A DNA stretch of 64,000 nt from Thermoprotei archaeon (GCA_003650925.1 QMSP01000003.1:19446-83445); one strand, 5' to 3'. Positions 19,303 through 30,142 are shown, numbered from the stretch's first letter. Notes: a model not told the origin generated them from the sequence alone. Program-made: numbers and translations.

Positions 19303-20899
19303 GGGAACTACGGTGAAGTTCAGAATACTCGAAGACGTGACAGTTGAAAGAGGCGACATCCTGAAGGTTGAGGGTCATGCTGTGAAGCACATAATAAAGG
19401 TGGTAGACTTCAAGCCTGAGACCTTGCTCACGCCCATCGAGATCGCGAGGTTATCTCTTAAGAAGGCTAGAGGAGAGGAAGTGGAGCTTTATGATGGACC
19501 TCTGAGATATTACGACACAGCCATAGCCACCATAGTGGCCGAGATAACCAGAGATGGAGACGTTAGAAGACCTACATCGGTTCCCAAGCTTTTTACTGAT
19601 GTATACACACTTGAAGAGGATGAGATAGAGGAGCTTAACCTAGATACAGGGGACATAGAGTTAGGCTTCGTGAGGATGGGCAGCAAGGTCACTACATGCA
19701 GGGTCAGCATCTCGGGCGCTAAGGCCTTTCCTCATCACATGTTAATATGCTCCATAACCGGTGGTGGTAAGACTAACTTGGGGAAAGTCATAGCATGGAA
19801 TATAATGAGGCTTAGAGATAGACGATATTCGATGGTCATAGTGGATACCGAGGGAGAGTACTTTGATGGGGGTGATTCTCATCACCTAGGCCTAGTTCAT
19901 TCTCCTAGTAGCGAGGAAGGGCTCTTCTTCGTAAGCTATAGGGTCAAGGACAAGGGCAGGATAACGTATAGGTTTAGATACAATGGAGCTCTCATAGAAA
20001 GGAGAATAAGGGCCTGTCCCCTCAGGATATCCATATCATCCCTACATCCTGATGACTTCATAGAGACAGGAGAGTTCACGCCTCCTCAGGAGTCTTTGTT
20101 ATGGCTCTTGTGGAGAGAGCATGGAGATGAGTGGCTAGATATACTCTTGAGAAGGCCTATAGACTCCATATATGCCTCGCTTGGAAGGAGAGTGATGAAG
20201 AGTACTATAGCTGTTACGAAGAGAAAGGTTCACATGATGATAGGGGATGATGGAATCTTCATAGAAGAGGATGACTATGATGTCCTGGGTGACATACTAG
20301 AGGCTGTCTTAAAGGGGATGGTTGTTCTCCTGGACATGCCAGGTGCAAGTGATGCACAGGAGAGGCTACTCACAGTAATAGTAACAAGGAGGATCTTTAG
20401 GAAGTATGAGGTTGAGAGAAGGATAAATCCCTCTAGATGGAGACGCTATCCGACTGTGATAATAGTTATTGAAGAGGCTCATAGGTATTTCTCAAAGGCT
20501 GTTCTCATGAAGCATGGCGAGAGAAGGGATAATATATTCACCACAATAAGCAAGAGAGGTAGGAAGTATAGAGTAGGACTATGCTGTATAACTCAAATGC
20601 CTGGAGAGCTTGAGGAGACCATAATAAGGCAGCAATTGACGAAAATCGTGCTACCTCTTCCAACAAAGCCTGACTACTCTAAGGTGGTCAATTACACGCC
20701 ATATCTAGAGGGTGCAGAGGAGGAGATTAAGAATCTTGAGCGAGGTGAAGCTCTCCTGATATCTCCTCCATCTGGCATAAAGTTTGCGGTTCCTTTGAAG
20801 ATTCATCAATTTGAAGACCTTGTCTATGAGGAGCTCGAAGAGGAAGTCCTGAAGTCTAAAGTGATAAGTCAAGATAGGCGATTGAAGTCTTCCTATTAA
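19268..20899 (+). CDS. herA: HerA-family (FtsK/VirB4-like, DUF87) hexameric ATPase/helicase.
   Basis: N-terminal HAS-barrel-like region, a P-loop SITGGGKTNLGK and the HerA-typical Walker B/catalytic IIVIEEAHRYF. The 543-aa length fits. Confidence 0.7.
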   Translation: MSLKVGVVVWAEGTTVKFRILEDVTVERGDILKVEGHAVKHIIKVVDFKPETLLTPIEIARLSLKKARGEEVELYDGPLRYYDTAIATIVAEITRDGDVRRPTSVPKLFTDVYTLEEDEIEELNLDTGDIELGFVRMGSKVTTCRVSISGAKAFPHHMLICSITGGGKTNLGKVIAWNIMRLRDRRYSMVIVDTEGEYFDGGDSHHLGLVHSPSSEEGLFFVSYRVKDKGRITYRFRYNGALIERRIRACPLRISISSLHPDDFIETGEFTPPQESLLWLLWREHGDEWLDILLRRPIDSIYASLGRRVMKSTIAVTKRKVHMMIGDDGIFIEEDDYDVLGDILEAVLKGMVVLLDMPGASDAQERLLTVIVTRRIFRKYEVERRINPSRWRRYPTVIIVIEEAHRYFSKAVLMKHGERRDNIFTTISKRGRKYRVGLCCITQMPGELEETIIRQQLTKIVLPLPTKPDYSKVVNYTPYLEGAEEEIKNLERGEALLISPPSGIKFAVPLKIHQFEDLVYEELEEEVLKSKVISQDRRLKSSY

Positions 20900-20931
20900 G
20901 AGTTTTATAAGCTGATGTACGAGAGATCACG

Positions 20932-21432
20932 ATGGGGAGAGACATGAGCATAAAGCTAGAGATAGTCAAAGTAGAGGTTCCTGAGGGCTGTAATGTTATA
21001 ATGGGTCAATCTCATTTTATCAAGACAGTCGAAGACCTGTACGAAGCTATGGTAAATGCTGTTCCAGAGGTCAAATTTGGACTTGCCTTCTGCGAAGCCT
21101 CAGGGCCTAGACTTGTTAGATATGATGGCAATGATGAGGAGCTCATTAAGAGAGCAGTAGACACAGCTCTTAAAGTAGCTGCTGGCCACTTCTTCGTGAT
21201 CTTCCTAAGGGGTGCATATCCAATAAATGTTCTCGACAGGATAAAAGCAACTCCAGAGGTGTTGACCATATTTTGCGCCACAGCAAATCCTGTCCAGGTC
21301 ATAGTAGCTGAAACTGATCAAGGCAGAGCAGTACTTGGCGTTGTTGATGGCTTCAAATCAGCTGGAGTTGAGTCAGAGAAGGATATTGAGGAGAGAAAGA
21401 GTTTCCTCAGGAAGATAGGATATAAGAGGTGA
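20932..21432 (+). CDS. Small conserved archaeal protein, possibly the adenosine-specific-kinase-like family (PF04008-like).
   Basis: A 166-aa soluble protein. The family assignment is from memory of sequence style only, so it is weak. Confidence 0.3.
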   Translation: MGRDMSIKLEIVKVEVPEGCNVIMGQSHFIKTVEDLYEAMVNAVPEVKFGLAFCEASGPRLVRYDGNDEELIKRAVDTALKVAAGHFFVIFLRGAYPINVLDRIKATPEVLTIFCATANPVQVIVAETDQGRAVLGVVDGFKSAGVESEKDIEERKSFLRKIGYKR

Positions 21433-21525
21433 AGATGTAAGCGAGTACTGGTTTTTAATATTTGCTCTTTATTTGATTAGGAATAAATACTCCCTAGATA
21501 GCTTAGAGAACTAGGCTGTGATTCG

Positions 21526-22545
21526 ATGCTATTAATATGGCTGATAACCTCAAGGTGCACTATGAACTGTCTACACTGCTATGCCAAAATACATTGTACA
21601 GTAGGAGAACTCAATACCACCAAGGCTATAAAAGTAATAGAGGAAGCTGCAGATTATGGTGTGAGAAGAATTGTGTTCACTGGCGGTGAGCCTCTTGTCA
21701 GGCAGGATATATGGAAGCTAGTAAGGACTGCCAGGGAGCATAGCATGGAGGTGGCTATAATAACTAGTGGATGGCTTCTCTCATCTGAGGTGCTTGAGCT
21801 AGCCTCCAGATATGATGTGGAGTTCTACTTGAGCCTTGAGTCTATGCTTGAGGAAGTTCATGACATGATAAGAGGTACAGGCTCTTGGAGAAGAACTATG
21901 AAAGCTATTAGAGAGCTGGAAAGGGAAGGTATTGAATATAGTCTGATCACAACTCTCTCCAAGCTCAACAAGAATAGTGCTTGGAAAGTTCCCTTGGAAC
22001 TAGCGCCTAGTGTAGAATGGTGCGATGGCTTCTCTTTCATACCTGTATTACCCAGCGGTAATGCTCTTAAGAGAAGGGAATTACTTCTCGATTCCAAGGA
22101 GCTGATAGATATCGCTATGAAGCTTGATGAAGTCTCGCGCATGGTTGATGTAAGGGCCTATCTATGGTGTATGAGCTTCATCAAGCGCTACGTCAGAAGG
22201 CTGTATGTAGGCTCTTGTAGGAGGAGCAATGTCATAGACCTCGATCCTGCTGGTAATGTACTCTTGTGCGACACCTTAAGCCTTAGGCTAGCGAATGTTG
22301 TAGAAATGGGCTTTGCCAAAGCCATTAAGAAGGCTGAAGAGAGTCCAGTTCAAAGAATTCTTGAAGAGACCGTGCAGTTAGAGCCTTGTAGAGGCTGTAG
22401 CCTAAGGCAGTTCTGCCTTGGAGGATGCTATGTGAGGGCTTTTCAAGAATTCGGTGATATAGGTATGCCAGACCCTCTATGTCCTTTGGTGAGGAGGAGT
22501 CTCATACATGGTGCTTATAGAAAAAGTCGTAGCCGACATACTTGA
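21526..22545 (+). CDS. Radical SAM protein with a C-terminal SPASM/twitch Cys-rich domain.
   Basis: N-terminal CTMNCLHCYA (CX3CX2C) and a C-terminal auxiliary-cluster cysteines (CRGCSLRQFCLGGCY). Confidence 0.7.
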   Translation: MLLIWLITSRCTMNCLHCYAKIHCTVGELNTTKAIKVIEEAADYGVRRIVFTGGEPLVRQDIWKLVRTAREHSMEVAIITSGWLLSSEVLELASRYDVEFYLSLESMLEEVHDMIRGTGSWRRTMKAIRELEREGIEYSLITTLSKLNKNSAWKVPLELAPSVEWCDGFSFIPVLPSGNALKRRELLLDSKELIDIAMKLDEVSRMVDVRAYLWCMSFIKRYVRRLYVGSCRRSNVIDLDPAGNVLLCDTLSLRLANVVEMGFAKAIKKAEESPVQRILEETVQLEPCRGCSLRQFCLGGCYVRAFQEFGDIGMPDPLCPLVRRSLIHGAYRKSRSRHT

Positions 22546-23797
22546 GCGAGTGGAGACTGAGCCTGTATCGCTCAGAGGAGCAATAGAGGATTTCTTCTCC
22601 ATTCATCGAGAGCTAGTCCCCATAAGGGGAGTTGTGCTAGCGATGTCCCTTGCAATACTTCGCAGATATAGAGTCCTTGACGAGATATCTAGACATGTAT
22701 TGGGCCTAGACCCCTACAGTGTAAATGCATATAAAAGGAACCTGCTCAGAGTCGTCATATACGAGTTAAGGTTTCGAGAACACTTGAGAGCTAGGGATGC
22801 TATGAGGCTTCTAAATAAAGCTGGGCTCTTCACAGATTCTATCTCGCTGAACAAGGTTAGGTCCATTGATATACACGACCTTGTGAAGGGTAAGAGCTAT
22901 GTCGAAAAGTTATCCATAAGGTATTCATTCCCCAGATGGGTCATTTTGAAACTGTTAGCTAAATGGAATAGAACTTTTGTAGAGCACATGCTTAAAAGAA
23001 TGAATAAGCCGTCTACACTATGGCTAAGGATCAATACGCTTAAGATAGGCATTGAAGAGGCTATGAGAGGTCTCAGGTCAAGAGGCATAGAGGCCATAAG
23101 AGATAGTGAGCTCTTTGATGTACTTAAAGTGGTCAGAGGAGGAAGAAGACTTGTAGGTCTAGATCTCGTGAGAAACGGCTTAGTATACATTCAGGACAAA
23201 GCTTCATGTGCTGTTGCTCATGTATTGAATCCTTGTCCAGGAGAGCTTATAGTGGACATGTGTTCAGCGCCAGGAAGTAAGGCTACTCACATAGCTCAGC
23301 TGGGGCAGGATAAGGTTCTGCTAATAGGGCTTGACATATCTCATCGTAGGCTAATCTCTGAGCAGAAATTGGCCTCCAATCTAGGCGTGAGAGGAATAGA
23401 CCTTATAATGTGTGATTCAAGGAAATTTATGCTTCGCACCAAGGCTGATAAAGTCCTTGTAGACCCTGACTGTAGTAGTATTGGGAAAATGGGTCATTCT
23501 CCTGAGCTAAGACTTAAGGTGAAAGAGGAAGACCTAGGTAGGCTAGTCTCTCTCCAGAGGGAACTTATGATGAGGGCCATAGACCTATGTCGACGGGGAG
23601 GAATTATAGTCTACTCAACCTGCACTACGACCACAGAGGAAAACGAGGCGTTGATCAGGAATATCATAGATGAACATGGCTTAGAGGTTGAGGAGATCGC
23701 CTTTGGAGCTAAAAGTCCTAAGCTAGGAAAGGCCAAGTATTTCCTTCCTCACGTCCATGACACTATAGGCTTCTTCATAGTTAAGCTAAGGGTGTAG
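22508..23797 (+). CDS. NOL1/NOP2/Sun-family RNA (cytosine-C5) methyltransferase.
   Basis: DMCSAPGSKATH SAM-binding motif, a catalytic Cys region …STCTTTTEENE, and an N-terminal NusB/PUA-like region. 429 aa. Confidence 0.75.
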   Translation: MVLIEKVVADILERVETEPVSLRGAIEDFFSIHRELVPIRGVVLAMSLAILRRYRVLDEISRHVLGLDPYSVNAYKRNLLRVVIYELRFREHLRARDAMRLLNKAGLFTDSISLNKVRSIDIHDLVKGKSYVEKLSIRYSFPRWVILKLLAKWNRTFVEHMLKRMNKPSTLWLRINTLKIGIEEAMRGLRSRGIEAIRDSELFDVLKVVRGGRRLVGLDLVRNGLVYIQDKASCAVAHVLNPCPGELIVDMCSAPGSKATHIAQLGQDKVLLIGLDISHRRLISEQKLASNLGVRGIDLIMCDSRKFMLRTKADKVLVDPDCSSIGKMGHSPELRLKVKEEDLGRLVSLQRELMMRAIDLCRRGGIIVYSTCTTTTEENEALIRNIIDEHGLEVEEIAFGAKSPKLGKAKYFLPHVHDTIGFFIVKLRV

Positions 23798-23853
23798 GTA
23801 ATTTCGGTAAGGCTAAATAATGAGATTTGAGAATATAGTATCATAGAAGGGCT

Positions 23854-24987
23854 ATGAGGTTGACTAAGGTTAAATACAAGCCATATCCAGCCAGGAAGAT
23901 ATTGATGGAGATGAAGAACCTTTCAGAGCTCATGGTATGTTTAGCATACTATGCCATGGTATATGGAGATGCTGATATGGCTAACGATGTATTCAGTCTT
24001 GAGGAGAGAATAGACTACTTAGAGTGCCTTCTGACCATGCAAGCATCCCTAGCAGCCAGAGATGCCAGAGATGCTGAGAGCATGATCAGCCTTTTCAAAA
24101 TGGCCACTGCTACAGACAAGATTTCAGATGCTGCTGCTGACATAGCTAGGATGGCCCTATATAAGGCGAGAGTAAGGGAACATACAGCAAGAGTTCTAAT
24201 AGGAGGAGATGAAGCTCTAGCAAGGATTATCATTGGCAAGGACATGGAAGGGCGACCGCTAGAGGAGCTATATAATAGGTATGCCCACGTATTCGATGTC
24301 ATAGCCATAAGAAGAGATAACGTATGGCTTCATCAGCCAGGGCCTAGAACCATACTTAGAGAGAATGATGTACTCATCATAAGAGCTCCTGAGGAAAGCC
24401 TCGTTGACATGAAGCTTCTAAGGCCTCCGAGAAAGGAGGAAGAAGGTCTTAGTGAGCTATTAAGAGACGTGCTGGAGCTTAAAAATACCTCTGAACTCAT
24501 GGTCGATCTAGCCTACTCCTCCGTTATGACCAATAGTAGTGAAATAGCAGAGAGAGTTTTGGAGCTTGAGGAATACGTAGATAATCTGTATGCGAACTTT
24601 GAGAGGAAAATACTTCAAGCAAAGCTTCCAACTGAGGAATCCCTATGCTTATTAAGAGTTGGGATAGGAACAGAGAACATAGCTGATGCTGCTTCAGAGA
24701 TAGCAGAGATAGTTGTAAGGGGTATAAAGCCTCATCCTGTGCTCGTCGATATAATAGCCCACTCTGATGAGAGGATAATATCGCTGAGAGTTCCTGAGAG
24801 GCTAGATGGAAGAAGCATAGAAAGTCTAGAGCTAGATAAGGTGAGTTCAAAGATCTTAGCCATAAGAAGGAATGGAAGATGGAAGATTAAGCCCTCCTCT
24901 AAGGACTTGGTCAAGAAAGATGATGTTATCATACTCCGATGTTATGCGGAGGCTGAGAGCAAAGTAAGGAACCTCTTTGCTCAATAG
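23854..24987 (+). CDS. PhoU-like plus tandem TrkA-C (RCK_C) domain protein (COG3273-like).
   Basis: Two TrkA-C-like segments (…VLIIRAPEESL… and …ILAIRRNGRWKIKPSSKDLVKKDDVIILRC…) and helical PhoU-like repeats in between. Confidence 0.45.
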   Translation: MRLTKVKYKPYPARKILMEMKNLSELMVCLAYYAMVYGDADMANDVFSLEERIDYLECLLTMQASLAARDARDAESMISLFKMATATDKISDAAADIARMALYKARVREHTARVLIGGDEALARIIIGKDMEGRPLEELYNRYAHVFDVIAIRRDNVWLHQPGPRTILRENDVLIIRAPEESLVDMKLLRPPRKEEEGLSELLRDVLELKNTSELMVDLAYSSVMTNSSEIAERVLELEEYVDNLYANFERKILQAKLPTEESLCLLRVGIGTENIADAASEIAEIVVRGIKPHPVLVDIIAHSDERIISLRVPERLDGRSIESLELDKVSSKILAIRRNGRWKIKPSSKDLVKKDDVIILRCYAEAESKVRNLFAQ

Positions 24988-25059
24988 AGAGGAGATTTGA
25001 ACTATTGTTTAACGCTTATCTTCCTAGAGCTACTAGGTCTAATATGAGGAGATGATCAC

Positions 25060-26055
25060 TTGCCGCTGAAGGTGCTTCTTCTCACGAGAGCAGAAGTAGA
25101 AAAGGTCATCAACATGAAAGAGACCATAAAAGTAGTGGAGGAGGCATTTAAGGAAAAAGGCCTAGGGCTAGTTGATATGCCTCCTAAAACATACATATTC
25201 TTCCCTAAGTATGATGGCGACTTCAGAGTTATGCCAGCCTATTTAAAAGGGATGGACATAGCTGGTGTAAAGGTGGTCAATGTTCATCCTAAAAATCCTC
25301 GAACTCATAACCTTCCGACAGTAATGGCCACCATAGTGCTACTGGACCCCAAGACAGGAGCTCCCCTAAGTATAATGGATGGTACTTTGATTACAGCCTA
25401 TAGGACGGGAGCTGCAGGAGGCATAGCAGCTAAATACTTAGCTAGGAAGGAATCTGAAGTTGTAGCCATAATAGGAGCTGGTGTTCAAGGAAGGATGCAA
25501 CTTATGGCTCTCACTGAGGTTATGGAAAATATCAAGGAAGTGAGAGTATACGATATACGCAAGGAGGCTAGTGTAGAATATGCCAAGGAGATGAGTGAGA
25601 AGTTAGGATTGAATGTAAGGGCATCTGAGAGCGCTAAGGATGCTGTAGCTGATGCAGACATCATAGTAACAGCAACCCCGTCTAGAGAACCTATAGTGAT
25701 GAATGAGTGGCTCAAGCAGGGAGTACACATAAACGCTATAGGTGCTGATGCGCCTGGTAAAGAGGAGCTTGACCCTATGATTCTGAAGAGAGCGAAAATA
25801 GTAGTAGACGATTATGAACAAGCTTCTCATAGTGGAGAAATAAATGTCCCTCTCTCCAAGGGAGTAATATCCATGAAGGACATATACGCTGAGCTTGGAG
25901 AGATCGTCTCAGGCAAGAAGCCTGGGAGGACTAACGACCTAGAGATCACAGTATTCGATTCAACAGGCCTAGCTATTCAAGATGTAGCCACGGCTTGGAT
26001 GGTTTATAACAAGGCTAAGGAGAGAGAGCTAGGCACATGGATAGAGCTCTTCTAG
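25060..26055 (+). CDS. Ornithine cyclodeaminase/mu-crystallin family protein (archaeal alanine dehydrogenase-like).
   Basis: NAD-binding IIGAGVQGRMQLMAL in the OCD/mu-crystallin context. 331 aa. Confidence 0.7.
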   Translation: MPLKVLLLTRAEVEKVINMKETIKVVEEAFKEKGLGLVDMPPKTYIFFPKYDGDFRVMPAYLKGMDIAGVKVVNVHPKNPRTHNLPTVMATIVLLDPKTGAPLSIMDGTLITAYRTGAAGGIAAKYLARKESEVVAIIGAGVQGRMQLMALTEVMENIKEVRVYDIRKEASVEYAKEMSEKLGLNVRASESAKDAVADADIIVTATPSREPIVMNEWLKQGVHINAIGADAPGKEELDPMILKRAKIVVDDYEQASHSGEINVPLSKGVISMKDIYAELGEIVSGKKPGRTNDLEITVFDSTGLAIQDVATAWMVYNKAKERELGTWIELF

Positions 26056-26119
26056 TAGACTAAGCTTTTCTTGATATTTTCCTCCTCCTATTGGAGAACT
26101 CAAGGTTAGGCTAAAATCG

Positions 26120-27025
26120 TTGAGTAGAGTGAAGTATTTAGGGACTAGTTTGCAGCGCTATCAATTCAAGCCACTGCTACTACCCGTCCTTACAGCAGAG
26201 ATAGCTGAGTCTATACTAAAGGCTATGGAGGAGAATAGAAGCTATGTTGAGGAGACTATAAATCTAGGATTGAGCATGAGCTTGCTACTCATTGAAAATT
26301 CTGAGGTCAGGATAAGAGAGGATATCGTCGTTAGTAGAGACCATTTACTCAAGATGCTTAAGGATCCGAGAGCAGTCTACCTAGTCGATAGGTATGGTGT
26401 CTACAAGGTTGAAATAAGGGCCTATGGGCACTACTATAAGCTAGTGGCCGTGGCCAAGAACAAAGCTCCTACAGTTGAGATCAATGGGATCCACATGCAC
26501 AGAGTAGAGAGCACAGACCCCTGGAGCGACAGCATGGCGAAGGTTAGGTTGGCGAGAGTTAAGAAAGGCCACAGAGTTCTTGACATATGCACTGGAATGG
26601 GATATACGGCCATAGCTTCAAGGATGATGGGCGCAACTTATGTGTTGACCATAGAAAAGGATGAAAACGTCCTCGAAATAGCAAGAGCTAATCCCTGGTC
26701 TAGAAGACTATCAGATCCGCAGATTGAAATAATGCTTAAGGATGCCACCGAAGCTGTAAAAGAGCTCGAGACTTCTTCATTCCATAGAATAATACATGAT
26801 CCTCCTAGGTTCAGCATGGCTGGAGAGCTCTATAGTCGTGAGTTTTATCAGGAACTATATAGAGTACTAAAGCCCAATGGAGTATTGTACCATTATGTAG
26901 GCTCGCCTGGAGCGAGATATAGAGGCCTGGATGTATTGGGAGGTGTTGCAAGCAGGTTGAGGCGAGTAGGATTCATCGTAAAGCCTTTAAGAAGTCAAGG
27001 AGCCATACTAGCTTTCAAGGTGTAG
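26120..27025 (+). CDS. Putative SAM-dependent (RNA) methyltransferase with an N-terminal RNA-binding-like domain.
   Basis: Motif I VLDICTGMGYTAIA and an IHDPPRF (D/N-PP-x) motif. The N-terminal 130 aa are unassigned. Confidence 0.4.
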   Translation: MSRVKYLGTSLQRYQFKPLLLPVLTAEIAESILKAMEENRSYVEETINLGLSMSLLLIENSEVRIREDIVVSRDHLLKMLKDPRAVYLVDRYGVYKVEIRAYGHYYKLVAVAKNKAPTVEINGIHMHRVESTDPWSDSMAKVRLARVKKGHRVLDICTGMGYTAIASRMMGATYVLTIEKDENVLEIARANPWSRRLSDPQIEIMLKDATEAVKELETSSFHRIIHDPPRFSMAGELYSREFYQELYRVLKPNGVLYHYVGSPGARYRGLDVLGGVASRLRRVGFIVKPLRSQGAILAFKV

Positions 27026-27028
27026 GCT

Positions 27029-27328
27029 ATGAAGGACCCTTTGAGAACCCTCCTCTCGTCATATAAAAGATACCTTGAAAAGCATGGTGAAAGAATAATC
27101 AGCATATGTGAAATCACGGGCCAAGAAGAGGTCACTACCACCATAGAGTCGCTGTACTGGTATCATGATTCGTCATATGGTTACTCAAGGCTTGATGACG
27201 CGATAAGAGAGCTATTGCAGGATGAGGAAAAGATGAAGGAGTTGAAGGCTAAGGGCATTGTACTCTCCTCCGATGGAAAGCTCTTGAAAGTCAAGCTGAA
27301 CGTCATCAGGCAGCTAATGGGGAAATAG
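27029..27328 (+). CDS. Hypothetical small protein.
   Basis: A 99-aa ORF 3 bp downstream of the preceding gene. No recognisable motif. Confidence 0.3.
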   Translation: MKDPLRTLLSSYKRYLEKHGERIISICEITGQEEVTTTIESLYWYHDSSYGYSRLDDAIRELLQDEEKMKELKAKGIVLSSDGKLLKVKLNVIRQLMGK

Positions 27329-27814
27329 CTACTCCTTTACAAGCTGCCTGATGATCTCATCGTGTCCCATAGTGCAGCCACAATACTCACACCTGAGGAT
27401 GAGTGGATTGAGGCTCATTGTCCTGAACTCAGGGATTACAGGCTCCCTCGGTTGATTAGTGATGCATCTAGGATTAATGCACGTCAGCAGCCCTCTTATT
27501 CTATTAGGCACCTGTACTTTGCTTTTTGACACAACCAGATAATCCTTAATTATGTTTATAGTAGCAGTGGGAGCTATCAGCGCTATTTTATCAACATCTT
27601 CCTTTTTAAGCTCCATCCCCTCAATCTTAACTATGTCCTTTTTACCCAGTTTTTTACTATCGACATTCATTACTATAGCTACTCTAAAGCCTTCTCGACC
27701 TGTTATACCTAATATTTTGAGCACATATAGAGCATGACCTGCAGGGATGTGGTCTATTACCGTACCATCCTTTATTTTCCTTACGATGAGCTCCTCCTTA
27801 TTAGGCTTCCTCAT
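27329..27814 (-). CDS. pyrI: Aspartate carbamoyltransferase regulatory chain.
   Basis: C-terminal zinc domain ([10 protein letters not shown]…CEYCGC). A 4-bp overlap with pyrB upstream. Confidence 0.8.
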   Translation of the reverse strand: MRKPNKEELIVRKIKDGTVIDHIPAGHALYVLKILGITGREGFRVAIVMNVDSKKLGKKDIVKIEGMELKKEDVDKIALIAPTATINIIKDYLVVSKSKVQVPNRIRGLLTCINPRCITNQPREPVIPEFRTMSLNPLILRCEYCGCTMGHDEIIRQLVKE

Positions 27815-28746
27815 ACTCGATCACCTGCAAGTATAAGCTTCAAGAGAGCCATTCTAACAGGAACTCCATATCTAGCCTGCTCAAAATACTTAGCATGCTT
27901 CGTCCTATCAACTTCATGATGAAGTTCATCCACTCTGGGAAGAGGATGGAGTATTATCAGGTCACGTTTTACTTTCTTAAGAGATTCAGGAGTTACTCTA
28001 TAGCTTCCTCTGACCTTTTCATATTCTGCAGGGTCAGGAAATCTCTCTCGTTGTATTCTAGTGACGTAGAGCACATCAAGCTCTTCTATCACATCATCAA
28101 GTCTCTCCACTTCCTCAAAGGCAATGCCTCTCAGCTTAAGGTGATCTCGAACTTCTTTTCTAGTGCTGAGCAGAGGCGGAGATATCAAATAGAGCTTCTT
28201 TATGTTGTAGAGGGACACTCCATATATGAAAGAGGTCGCAGCTCGCCCATACTTGAGGTCACCTAATACGCCTATAGTGAGCCCATCTATATCTTCAAAG
28301 TTTCTTCTTATGGTATAGAGATCTATCATGGCTTGTGTTGGATGATGACGAGTGCCATCACCTGCATTTATAACAGGCGATTCAGCTATCTCAGCCGCGA
28401 ATTTAGCAGCACCTTCTATACTGTGCCTAATGACTATTATGTCAGCATATGAGTCAAGCATTCTTATAGTATCTGCCAAGGTCTCTCCTTTAGCTATCGA
28501 AGTGGTCGAAACCTCTGAAAATCCTATGACGTCACCTCCTAGTCTTATCATAGCTGTTTCAAAGCTTAGTCTCGTCCTAGTGCTGGGCTCGAAGAAGGCT
28601 AAGGCCATGACCTTACCTTTTAATATATCCAGCCTAGAATGTGAGTACTTTAGCATATCATCCGCAGTCTCAAATACCTCCTCCAGCTCCTCTCTTGAGA
28701 AATCCAGTATAGTTATAACGTCACGATTATACCACATCAGACTCAC
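27811..28746 (-). CDS. pyrB: Aspartate carbamoyltransferase catalytic chain.
   Basis: STRTR carbamoyl-phosphate binding motif and HPLP motif. 311 aa. Confidence 0.85.
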   Translation of the reverse strand: MSLMWYNRDVITILDFSREELEEVFETADDMLKYSHSRLDILKGKVMALAFFEPSTRTRLSFETAMIRLGGDVIGFSEVSTTSIAKGETLADTIRMLDSYADIIVIRHSIEGAAKFAAEIAESPVINAGDGTRHHPTQAMIDLYTIRRNFEDIDGLTIGVLGDLKYGRAATSFIYGVSLYNIKKLYLISPPLLSTRKEVRDHLKLRGIAFEEVERLDDVIEELDVLYVTRIQRERFPDPAEYEKVRGSYRVTPESLKKVKRDLIILHPLPRVDELHHEVDRTKHAKYFEQARYGVPVRMALLKLILAGDRV

Positions 28747-29356
28747 CTCTCAGATACTTCATTACCCTCTCATAGTCCTCAGAGGATATTAATTCAGCTC
28801 TGAACAGCACAGCCACTATATCTTTGAGTGTAGTTAGGGCATGGAGAGCAACGCCAAGTTTACTCAACCTCTCTCTAGCCCCTTGCTCCCTATCCACGAC
28901 AACCAAGGCTTGCGATACCTTGAGTCCTTGATTCCTCAAGGCTTTCACTACTCTCTCAAGGGTGCCTCCAGTGGTAGCTACGTCATCAATTATAAGGACC
29001 TCGCTTCCAGCAGTATAGTCGCCTTCTATTAATCTGCTAAGTCCATGACGTTTCTCTTCCTTCCTTGCGTAAATGAACGGCTTCTTTAGTTTGAAGGCCA
29101 CTACTGCAGCTAGTGGTATTCCTCCTGTGGCTATTCCACATATGAGGTCAAACTTAAGGTCTTTCACTCGCCTTGCACAGATATCAGTTATCCTATCAAA
29201 CTCTTCAGGATGCGATGGAAGTCTTCGAAGGTCTATGTATATGGGACTCCACATGCCTGAAGTCAACTTGAATGACCCTATCTTCACACATCCGAGCTTA
29301 TACAGGATTATGGCCAGCTCCTCAGCCATATATAACCTTTCTTTGGGCATCGACAA
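28727..29356 (-). CDS. pyrE: Orotate phosphoribosyltransferase.
   Basis: PRPP-binding motif [13 protein letters not shown]. Overlaps pyrB and pyrF. Confidence 0.8.
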   Translation of the reverse strand: MSMPKERLYMAEELAIILYKLGCVKIGSFKLTSGMWSPIYIDLRRLPSHPEEFDRITDICARRVKDLKFDLICGIATGGIPLAAVVAFKLKKPFIYARKEEKRHGLSRLIEGDYTAGSEVLIIDDVATTGGTLERVVKALRNQGLKVSQALVVVDREQGARERLSKLGVALHALTTLKDIVAVLFRAELISSEDYERVMKYLRGESDVV

Positions 29357-30008
29357 TCTTCATAGCCTCCCTTGAAGGTTCTTCACTTCTAACTATAAGT
29401 CTTCCCACGATCTCAAAATCAGCCCCTTCGGATAAAGCCTGGCCAGGAACACCTCCTTGAGGTCCTATCCCAGGGGAGAATATAGTCAACTTCTTGCCTA
29501 TCACCTTTCTGGCCAGCTTTATGTATTGAGGCTTAGTCGCTCCTATGACAACGCCTTTGATCCCAGCTCTCAAGCCGTAGTCTAGAAGCTCATTAAAGCA
29601 TTTTTCAAAAAGGACAGCGGTGGGGTGGCTCATCATGAGAACTCCTATCACATCCATGATCTCTGAGATCTTATCTATGCTCATAGTAAAGAGATGAACT
29701 ATCACTGCGTCAAGGCCATGATCTTTTAACAACCTACATATTGCCTCATTAGTATGAGGCACGTCTGCGAGCTTAAAGTCAGCTATGAAGTAGTAGTCAT
29801 CATGATGATCCTCTATCAAGTCTTCTAGTGATGAAAGGCCCATGGTAAGAACAAGTGGATATCCCACTTTAACAGCAACAACATAGTCCCTGAGCTCATC
29901 TAGAAGGCCTTTCGCCTTTCTGAGGACATGCTCTTTATCACCATGAAGATCAAGGGCTAGTACAAGGCGAGAATGTTTGTCCTCAGATAATCTCCAGAGC
30001 TTTTCCAT
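29322..30008 (-). CDS. pyrF: Orotidine-5'-phosphate decarboxylase.
   Basis: LALDLHGDK (Asp-x-Lys) and IADFKLADVPHTN (D-x-K-x-x-D) motifs of OMPDC. Confidence 0.7.
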   Translation of the reverse strand: MEKLWRLSEDKHSRLVLALDLHGDKEHVLRKAKGLLDELRDYVVAVKVGYPLVLTMGLSSLEDLIEDHHDDYYFIADFKLADVPHTNEAICRLLKDHGLDAVIVHLFTMSIDKISEIMDVIGVLMMSHPTAVLFEKCFNELLDYGLRAGIKGVVIGATKPQYIKLARKVIGKKLTIFSPGIGPQGGVPGQALSEGADFEIVGRLIVRSEEPSREAMKIVDAQRKVIYG

Positions 30009-30142
30009 TAGCTGAAACCTCTAGTGCTGGACTCACATGAACTTTCTTATATAGATTACTTATGGGAAACTCCACGTATTATCAATAGAGGAAAGGCATA
30101 AAATGCAACAAGCTATCATAATTAGGAGGAAGGCAGAGGTAC
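30009..30142. promoter_or_regulatory. Divergent promoter region between the pyrFEBI (-) and pyrKCD (+) operons.
   Basis: A 134-bp AT-rich gap between two divergently oriented pyrimidine operons. TATA-like TTATATAG and ATAAAAT elements were seen. Confidence 0.35.

Noticed and set aside
23854-24987. Possible K+ channel or TrkA transporter subunit.
   Set aside because: There is no membrane segment or Rossmann NAD-binding domain. It has only PhoU-like helices plus TrkA-C modules, so it is a soluble regulator-like protein of unknown role.
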